Assembly: GCA_951406725.2 (NCBI GenBank)
Contig: OX597816.1
Coordinates: 31,000,001 to 31,064,000, forward strand
Length of the DNA: 64,000 bases
From: Octopus vulgaris
Taxonomy: Eukaryota
Direction of reading: 5' to 3'
Both the position numbers and the translations under genes were made by a program. Every line of letters starts with the position of its first letter. Within the stretch, counting starts at the first letter, position 1. Under the pieces are notes generated by a model. That model did not search any database and had not been told where the DNA came from. It was given only the letters and a program-made list of their open reading frames with translations. Below are positions 54,700 to 64,000 of this stretch, piece after piece.

Positions 54700-55490
54700 A
54701 TCGGATACACAATACCAGAACACATTCCCTTCAGACTTTGACGCATGGGAGCCAGTGCATAAATATGTTAAAGTGCGATTCGGTTCTCTGGCCTTTTCGT
54801 TTGACCAGAGAGAAGACGCCACTGTTCATTGCTATAATGTGGATTAGTATTCGAAGGGGGAATCAAACTTCTCCCGTTTCAGATACACTCTACATATTCC
54901 GATAATCTCGCATGCTTTACATTGATCTAAGTTGGTCAATGTGAAATCTAAAGTAGATAGAATGCCTCCTTGGTCTACGATGTGTCGCATTTGCTGGGCA
55001 TGATACTGAATAGATCTACCCAACTTTGCGTAAAACATTACGTCACAGAAAATCCAATGATGACATGCACCAGTCGCTTGGCCTTTGTAAGAAGCTTGAA
55101 CTCTGAATTGAAGAGATTTGTCGGCCTAAATGACTATTATGCTTCCATTGCTCAGGTTTCTTCCTCAGAAGTGTCACTAGTTCCATGCTCAAATGAGAGT
55201 ATTTTAAGCATTCAATTATAAAAGGCAATTAACATGACTTCAGCAAACACGACTAGCATATTACACAAATGTGCACCCCACAAACAGACCACTTTTGTCA
55301 TTTATTTAAAACGTAGTAATTTAAAACTTTTTAACACTTTCCAGATGAAATCGGTTTCCACTACCTTTGCATTTTTGTCCCAAAATCGCCTCAACATCTT
55401 GGATAAAATGTACCATGTCTAGTTTGTCACTTCCTCACAAAGAGGCAAGTATATGTTTTCCTCAAATGCGCAACATTGGGTGAGAATGTA
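54700..55490 (-). pseudogene. L1/Tx1-clade ORF2 reverse transcriptase remnant
   Basis: LVTLLRKKPE...FRPTNLFNSEFKLLTK..KRL...GRSIQYHAQQMRHIVD...NLDQCKA (cf. FRPITLLNxExKILAK...GRSI..N...LDQSKAFD). Confidence 0.7.
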
Positions 55491-55762
55491 GATCACTAAC
55501 ATTAATATCATTACAAATAAACCAGCCATTATCGAAAAAATTGTATGACAATATACTAATAAAATTAATCATTATTTTATATCAATCAATATTTTATATC
55601 GGCTCAAAACACTTCCAGCAACTGTACTACTAACAGCACTCCTTCAGCTACTCTACTATTTAATTACTATTCCAATTGAAAGAAAAAAGCTGGAAAAATA
55701 TCCATAAGATCGCAGACGGATTTATGCGTGTGTATGTAAGTATATATATATACACCTATCTA

Positions 55763-55812
<50 letters not shown>

Positions 55813-55817
<5 letters not shown>

Positions 55818-56189
55818 ATATAAACGGCAGTTTGTCTGTGCGTGTTTCTGTGTGTCTGTTTTCTCGTACCCTCACTCTGACCACGGCTTTCAACCGATTC
55901 TGATGAAACTTGACACACACATAGCCCAATGTCATAATTCAAAACTAACGCAGCGAAAATTTTGAAAAGTTCCCCCAGTTCTGAAAACAATCGATAAATT
56001 CGACATGGGGTCGAGAATTAGAAACCCAAACCACAGACCGTCTAGGGGACGCAACTCCACCATTTTTAACTCTCAAAAAAATTTACTATAATTTTTTTCC
56101 ATTTTTTGCTATTTTTTGGCTATAACTCTCTAAAAATGCTTTATAGTTATTTCCTTACAAACCTGAGCAACGCCGGGCGATACTGCTAG
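55813..56189 (+). mobile_element. Non-autonomous Helitron (377 bp)
   Basis: A|TCTATATA...CCTGAGCAACGCCGGG hairpin...CTAG|T. The last roughly 95 bp are shared with the 52354 element. Confidence 0.85.
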
Positions 56190-56285
56190 TATATATATAT
56201 ATATGTACTATCCATAAAGGTATGCGTGTATGTATACATATGTGTGTACATATATATATGTATATATATATATATACATATGTAC

Positions 56286-56333
<48 letters not shown>

Positions 56334-56358
56334 ATATATTTACATATACATATATATA

Positions 56359-56606
56359 TATATTTTTATGTTTTTATATATTTTTATCATATGATTTTAT
56401 AATATGGTTTTTATGCATTTACATATTTTTATATGATTTTGTGAACATAATTTTTATAATGAAATATATCTTATTTGCCTATTGGTAAGCAGTACTTTTG
56501 TTTCATATGTATTTATATGTGTGTGTGTGTACATATATGCATACACGTATATACATATATGAATATCTCTCTAAAAATTAATTTTACATGTATACAAATG
56601 TATATA

Positions 56607-56682
<76 letters not shown>

Positions 56683-56947
56683 GATATATTTATATACATG
56701 TATACGTGTATGATTTATTTTTTAAGAGATAATATTCTCTATTTATAGAAGACAAACCTAATTGCTCAAGACATTTTAGCCAAAAATAGGAAATATAATG
56801 ATGAAACAAAAGTACCGCTTACCAATATGCAAATAAGATATATTTCATTATAAAAATTATGTTCACAAAATCATATAAAAAATATGTAAATGCATAAAAA
56901 ACATATAAAATCATATGATAAAAATATGTAAAAACATTAAAAATATA
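56359..56947. repeat. Inverted repeat with about 147-bp arms (56359-56506 and 56801-56947) around a TA-rich spacer
   Basis: ...GAAATATATCTTATTTGCCTATTGGTAAGCAGTACTTTTGTTTCAT versus ATGAAACAAAAGTACCGCTTACCAATATGCAAATAAGATATATTTC... Confidence 0.9.
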
Positions 56948-57029
56948 TTAGAATATATAAATGTATTAACACAAATACACTAAAAATATATTAAAATTAT
57001 ACAAATATGTAGTACTATTTACTGGCTTT

Positions 57030-58054
57030 TTTGCTACCACACCTTGTTCCACCACCTGCTCCTGTTCTACTTCTTGTTTCTGAGGACACCTTGCTTTCAG
57101 GTGTCCCCGTACTCCGCAGCGCTAGGAGATGTGGGTCTTCCATCCACTACCACTCTTAATTTAACATCCGCTGGCAACAAAATTTCGTTTACAATTTTAT
57201 GCAGGTCCGTCACATGTTAGACCGTCACATGAAGGCTGTATCCGAACCAGTTTACCTCTGTTGTCCCCGTTACTTTCAGCACATTGGACTCCTCCTCCGT
57301 GTTTAAGAGGACGGCTGCCACCAGCCACGTGTTATCGATTTCTGGTAGCTCTCTGCCAATCCTAATTCTAGCCGTACGTTTGCCACAGTGCCCACTCTTC
57401 CGACCTCAATGGCACAGTTGTGCACTTTCTTGCAAACCGTACCTCCAGTGTGCCGTAATTCTTGCCCCTGTTGTATGTCGTAAGGTGCTTAATATCCTTA
57501 AGAATCTCCTCCATTGCTTCAATGGTTGCTATTTCCACACTTTTGCCTGAGTTTGGTAGCATTCTATACAAAACAGTTTTTTTCTTTGCTGTCTCTTTCA
57601 CTACCTCTTTTGGAGGGGTAAGCTTCAGTCTACTTCCTCCCTTGACTGGCAGTTCATTCGCCTTTTTGAATTCCTCTCGTCGAATTTCACTTCTTTAACC
57701 TGCAAAATGTCGTTATTTAAACATCTTCTCACTCATTGCTGCTGTATAGCTGACGGCTGGTTGGGTCTACATAACTTCGTTTCTTCATACTTGTCACAAA
57801 TGAAAAAAAAAAAAAACTCCAGAAAATATTTTCTTAAAAATCGCAGTTCACAAAATTTACAGAAAGTTTTCTACCCCACGGGTAAAAAATTACCGCTTTT
57901 CAAAGGAAAACAGTTCAATTTCAATTAAAATAAATCACTTCAAATAACACAAATTTAAAATAAACAGAACAGGAAAGGCACTCACATACCGCATGTAACA
58001 AACTTAAGACAACAACGTATCGCAGACGAAAAAGGCGTGGCCTTGGTAGCTTAG
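57030..58054 (-). mobile_element. Gag/ORF1-like element A (RRM-like plus CCHC knuckle), no ORF2 seen
   Basis: TYNRGKNYGTLEVRF...PLRSEEWAL...VKLRVVVDGRP...CGVRGHLKARCP, resembling L1/Tx1-type ORF1. Confidence 0.65.
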
Positions 58055-59243
58055 TTCTTTATTACTGGCACACGACTTAAACACATAGGGGTCATACACA
58101 GACATGCGGGAACAAAAAACACCTGAAAGGATGAATGCGAAATAAATTATATTTCAATGAAAATGGGACGGCTATCTTGCTCCCGCTCCGAGATGAAGCC
58201 GTGATTTCCTTTTTCCTTTAAAACTTTATATAACAATTTCCAGCCCCACCCCGAGGCGAAACCGCGACTTCCCTATTCGTTTTCATCTTACAATCCAAAA
58301 CATTTTAAAACAACTATTCCTACAGGATTTACTTATTTTCTTTTTTCCTTTTCTTAAACCAAAATGTTTAACCAAATGTTTTGTACAGTTTTTACAGGTT
58401 CTAATTAACATCTGGACGTGTTTGTGCTTTGCTGCGACTTTTTTTTTGTAGGTTGTGTTGTTTTGCAGTAGGATTCGAGTATGATGCGACTATTGTTTGA
58501 TGAGCGTTGCTGAGATGGAGAAAATGAAGTCATGTGCGACAGCGACGGGGTTTCGGACTTCCGTCGACAAATTATCACTAATCCGTGGACCCACCACTTG
58601 TGTTCGGCTTATCATGCCAATTCTCAGGTCTTCGCTTTCTTCCTCAGCTCTGAATTAAAAATGGCGGCTATTATTTACTCTGGGTCTATTGACGGTGGGA
58701 TACTTCCTACCTTAAATCGAACAATTCTTTTGCGCAGACAGTTTCGCATCAAAGTCCATTGTTCTCCATGTATCAGCCTGTTGGTGGTTTTTCCACCTCC
58801 TCTTCTGATAAAAACGTTACCACTATCGACGCACATCTCTTTCCTCTTCTAAAGAACGTTATGCTGTCTCCTATTTGTTCTTCCAAGATTTCTTTTATCT
58901 CTTCCTGCGGCTCGTGTTCCGTTCTTCTGTTTTCCTTCAAAAATTTTCTGAATATAACCATCTTCTTTTCCATTTTCACTCTTTCCTTCTCTGGCAGGGT
59001 CATTTTTGTATTTGACCCTTCCCTCTCTACCACAACATAATATTTGTTTATCGCCTCCTCATTCCATTATATCATCTCCGGCTTCAGTACAAGTGGGTCT
59101 AGGGGAGGGGAACTCGACCTCCTGTAGCCTCTGCGTAACTTCTCATTTTTCTCAGGTGTTCACCACCACTCAAAGATGGTGGCTTCGCACAAAAATTCGG
59201 CTGGAGTTCTTCTAAAATCAAGAAAAACGGCTTGCTAGCTCGA
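58055..59243 (-). mobile_element. Gag/ORF1-like element B, paralogous to A, no ORF2 seen
   Basis: MRSYAEATG...ITFFRRGKRCASIVVTFLSEEE...GEQWTLM...RIVRFKVGSIPPSID. The 58055-58300 segment is homologous to 59244-59470. Confidence 0.6.
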
Positions 59244-59480
59244 TTCTTTATTACAAGCACAAGGCCTAATTACATAGGAGACATACAAAGACATGCGGAA
59301 ACAAAAAACACACGAAGATGAATATGAAATGAATAAAATTACAATGCAAATGGGACGGCCACCTCGCTCACGCACCGAGATGAAATCGTAGATTCTTTTT
59401 CCTTAAACCTTTACATAACTTCTAGCCTCGCTCTGAAGCGATACTGCGACTTCCTTTTTCGCTTTTACCCTAAAATTACA
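59244..59480 (-). repeat. Terminal segment homologous to 58055-58300; part is also present inverted at 60379-60507
   Basis: TTCTTTATTAC..GCAC...CATAC.(C/A)AGACATGCGG.AACAAAAAACAC...ATGGGACGGC is shared. Confidence 0.85.
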
Positions 59481-59829
59481 CCTTTTTAACAAATGTTCAT
59501 AGAGGATTTACTAATGTCTTTGTCAAACCTGATGACTGGGTTTTTCTTGCCGAACAGTAGATTTACGCTGACGTAAACACACCAACACCGGTTGTCAAGT
59601 GGTAGTGGGAGACAAACACAAATGCACACAAACATACACACATACGCACATGCACACACAAGCACACACTCACACACATATATGTATATTGATAAAACAA
59701 GGAGTCAACAATAATTGGCACTATCTTCACCTTTTTCATTTTCCAAAGCTGGATTTTTCGTACTTCGGAGGGTTGTATCTATTTGTATCTATTGTATCTA
59801 TTCGCCTTCTCTTTTGACTATTCGTTGAT

Positions 59830-60265
59830 CAAAGGGGCAACATCAACTATATAGCATATGTGGTACACATTTTCCACCACAACTAGGTCCGGTACGTTAT
59901 GTTCTACCATCTGGTCTATTTACATTGGGAAATCCCAGAGGATTTCACTAGTCCCCGACCAGACAGCGATGATTAGGCTTTCAAGTATTCTTCTTTATGT
60001 CACCTTTGCTGTGACACCTCCATGATGCTTCCTGGTCTATTAATCTGCTAGTTTCCTGGTGGAACTGACCATGTAATACCTTGCGGAGTAGGATTTCTTT
60101 TTCCGTGTTAGTTGTTTGGGATTGGAATTCATGAGCACCCGCAAATTCATTTTTGGTAAATTCTTCTGCATTAGCAGCATACTGCAGCAGTTCTTCTTTG
60201 CTGATTAACAAATATTCTACTAGGTTTCTTTTTCATTGATGACGCACTCCCTTACGCTAACCATC
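59830..60265 (-). pseudogene. R4/Dong-clade LINE C-terminal fragment, internally deleted
   Basis: RKVLHGQFHQET..DQEASWRCHSKGDIKK and EILWDFPM*IDQMVEHNVPDLVVV (RLE domain). Confidence 0.75.
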
Positions 60266-60505
60266 CAATTATTATTATTATTGAGTGAGAGAGCAGTTCA
60301 TGCCATCAAAGTGACACTGGGGTAAAATACACGAAGCCCAATATACCCATCATGACTACCCGTCTGATAAGGGTACACCGGTGCGTGAGCGAGGTGGCCG
60401 TCCCATTTGCATTGTAATTTTATTCATTTCACCTTCATCTTCGTGTGTTTTTTGTTTCCGCATGTCTTTGTATGTCTCCTATGTAATTAAGCCTTGTGCT
60501 TGTAA

Positions 60506-60554
<49 letters not shown>

Positions 60555-60639
60555 GTTATTATTGCTATTATTAAAACTCACAGCTAATTTTGCTGGGTAT
60601 GATGGTAAGTGTCAGCTGTCTACAGCCAGCAGACGTAGG

Positions 60640-61190
60640 TGACACTTGTTTACTGGTTATGCTTCAAGAACCTTGCGGTGAATTCTATTCTTGCAGTTCA
60701 AGGCAATACTGATTTTTGTAGGTGTTCTTCCTTCACACTTCCTCCGGTCTTTTACAGACATCCTGGTAGGTAAGTACTGATACTTCCAAATGCACCAATT
60801 CCAAATAGTATCACGTCTACTCTCAACATTTTGTAGGAACTCTATCGAGTATTCTATTTCGATCTATTTCGGCCTGTTGTCTATATCTTGGATTACAGTT
60901 CCCAACGCACCAATTCTTATAGACACGAACTTTATTGTTCGCATGCTCCAAATTCTTCGAATTTCATTTTTTTTTTCATTTTCTTTCTATTTCTCTACGA
61001 TCCTGAAATCACATGACCATGATGGGTCGATAAGAAAGCAACTTCGCTTTTCATAATCTATAATAATTATGTCTGGTCTATTATCTTCAACTTTCTTGTG
61101 CGTTTGAATAAGAAAGACCCACAAAATCTTGCCTTTCTCCGACTCCAGTACTCTTTCGATTCAATGATTGTACCATGTTTTCCAGCTTCC
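60640..61190 (-). pseudogene. R4/Dong-clade LINE 3' end (RLE domain)
   Basis: KTWYNH..RVLESEKGKILWVFLIQTHKKVEDNRPDIIIIDYEKRSCFLID...EIRRIWSM...IRIGALGTV. The 3' end lies next to (ATT)n. Confidence 0.82.
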
Positions 61191-61870
61191 ATCCCCATTT
61201 CTGGCTTATTTCCAGATTATAACTTATAAAACGGGGTCGGGTTTCTATTTATTAATTTCTTCCTATTATTATCATAATCGTTGTCATCAATATCATCAAT
61301 ATTTTAGGAGTCAGAAATCAATGTGTTCGTATCCAAAATACTATGACACACACCATCAACATAAGAAGCAAAGGAACCGATTGGTCTACTAGATAGACAG
61401 TCGAATTTTCTGGAATCTCACCCGAGCAAATTAGAATGAAATGAAAATGTTAATTAATCCTAGATATTCCAAAAGAGGGAAGGTTAAAACAGGTCTAACT
61501 ATTCAGACAAGTCTATCTTTGTCGTCAACTGAACGTAGATATTGTGTTAATACACGGAGTATTGCCGTATTTTTTCTTGAGATGAACCCCTCGAATGGAC
61601 ACGTAGTGCATAAAATCATTCATACATACAAACATATATATATGTATATATATTGTTGACCCTTCTGCTACGGCGACTGGAACTAGATGAAGTGGTTTCC
61701 TTCGGCTTGACGTTCTGTAGAGCAACGATCCGGTCACGGCATAACGTATGAATCTCCCAGTCAATGATATATAGAATTTCAGTGGCTATTCAGGCACTGG
61801 TGTCGCAAATAACTGGTAAGCTCTTTATAAGTAAATAGCCAAAGAAAAACACACACACTTATGTGCATGC

Positions 61871-61935
<65 letters not shown>

Positions 61936-63938
61936 CAACAGTATGTTCTTTCATAATGTATGCTTTTAAATGAGTTTAAGAATGATGCACTTGATATCTT
62001 GAAACTGATTCTAGCGATAACTCACCGTCTATATATTTGAACGAATGTATAATATAATAGTAAATAAACTGTTGTTATGGACTTTTTTGCTTTTGCTTTC
62101 GTAACCGAGAGAAGAAAAAATAACAATCACATTAACCGCGAAGGAATCATCTCACTTCCATTATTGACAATATAGCATTGACCCATCACATATTCTTCAT
62201 CCCAAGTTTTATCTGAGATTAACGGAAAGTTTGTAAACACAATGGTGTTGCATTTGAAAACTTGACTTGTTTTGTTCTCATTCCTTCTATCATTCTTTCT
62301 TTCTCTCTCACTCTGAACATCCTCTCCCTCTCTCCTTCTCTCTCTGCATACATACATATATATGAATGACATTCTTATGTGTTGTTATACATAGGTGCAA
62401 ACATACAGAAATATTCGTATTTAATTCCTAAAGTACCTTGAAGAAATGTTTTTCTTGTCAAAATCATTCTTTGAAAGCAGATGTATATCTGTTGGGATCG
62501 TGACTTGAAAGCTTTCATTCAGAACATATAAAGAGGCTGACTTGTTTGTAAACATCCATGTTGTCAGCAAGTTACCAACGTTTGACTTTCCTCCTTCTTA
62601 CATCTCAGTTAAAAGGAAACAGATAAATAAATAAAACCAGACTTCTATACGAAAAATGTTCTTTCAGTTTTCTTCTAGAATATTCTTTTCTAAAATTGTT
62701 TATAACCAGATTTGAATTGTCAAACATCCTTATTTCTTTACAGAAGAGAAGCTGTCATATTTTTGAATAGATTATATCAATTATGTTTTTTTTTTCTGTA
62801 TGTTTCTTACCTTTGATTATTGTTATATCTGTTATTTTGAAAAAATAAAGAAGAAAAAATTGAAGAAATACAAATCATAAAAAGTTCATATTTTTGTCAT
62901 TTATTTGGCAAGGTTTCTAAAACCAGTAAACCACAGAGAATTTCATAAGTATGTTAGTTGAGATGATGAATCAAAAAAATATTTCGGCGAGCATATTTTT
63001 CATGTTTTTTAACGTAATAAAAGCAATGGCAATAATTTGAATTATAATATATGAATTCTACCGACTTAGTATAGCTGATCGAAATATGTTGATGGGAATG
63101 AGATTAAGCAACATTTATATTTATTCGAGAGTATTGGTAAGTGACGTGTAAAACAAGGGTATCGATTGATTTTTCTTTTTGGGAGAAATGCTGCTGATCA
63201 GAAAAATCGAATATCTAAATATTGTTCTAGAGGACAGAAAACCTTAATAAAAGTGTTGGAATCGAGTGATCTGCGCCCAATACGGTACTGTTGTTTTTGC
63301 AGTCAATGAGGGAGCATGACAATTTCAATCGGTGTGATGCAAATATAATGAAAGTTTCCTTCAAATTACGCCATGGTGTTTTAAGAAAGGAAACATATGG
63401 CATTATGTAGTATTAGAAATGAGTATGGCCTAAATTTTAGATGTAATGCTTTTATTTTGCAATTTGTACCTTATATTCCATTATTCCAAAATTACTAATT
63501 GAAGCCGGTATGTCCTATATGCTCCTCACCTTTCCTGTAGATGTAATGTAAGGACACCCTTAAAGGCTTCATATGAGAAAAGATGAGTTCATCCTTAGAA
63601 GTCCCTGTAGCTTAGGTTTCACCTAAATGCAGGGAATATAGATCTTTTCTTGTTCATGGGCAGCTCGATTAATTAATTTTCTTTAAATAAATACTTTGAA
63701 ACTCCATATACTGTTAGAATGTATCATGTAGAACATCTTTCAATCTTAGCGTTGTTGAGAAAAGTTTCTATTTACGAACTTGATTCGTATTAAAGTTGTC
63801 GTATTTTGGTAATTTCAACCAATCAATGACGTGTATTCAGCTGAAAAACAGTACTACTGTTGATTGTCAACAACGACTATCGGCGGCGTATATTTCGTTT
63901 GTCACTCTTAGTTATGACATCGTTCGTACGTTTGTAGT

Positions 63939-64000
63939 GGGTTAGTTTAGGGTTAAGGGTTATGGTTTTAAGGTTAGGTTTGCGATTTTAGGGTTAGGGT
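63939..64000 (+). repeat. Degenerate TTAGGG-like repeats at the window edge
   Basis: GGGTTAGTTTAGGGTTAAGGGTTATGGTTTTAAGGTTAGGTTTGCGATTTTAGGGTTAGGGT. Confidence 0.7.

Overview
AT-rich, microsatellite-dense eukaryotic DNA that is intronic or intergenic. The tRNA-derived SINE families and repeat landscape suggest an octopus or other coleoid cephalopod; this is inferred from repeat recognition, not from a search. No intact host gene is demonstrable, and almost all listed ORFs are microsatellite or transposon artefacts. Recognisable content: several decayed R4/Dong-type LINEs, Penelope-like elements (PLE; RT and GIY-YIG fragments), an RTE copy with twin-priming geometry, L1/Tx1-like ORF2 and ORF1-only pieces, a full-length but dead mariner, other Tc1/mariner relics, two non-autonomous Helitrons and three SINE families. 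The highlight is a young 493-bp non-coding tandem unit (21714-22515) inside a (TA)n tract. It carries two type I hammerhead ribozyme folds with a palindromic stem III, as in retrozymes. Further hammerheads sit at PLE 3' ends, one with a compensatory U3-A8 core. Local inverted duplications recur at element and microsatellite junctions. Boundaries of old elements are approximate, and out-of-track translations were done by hand.
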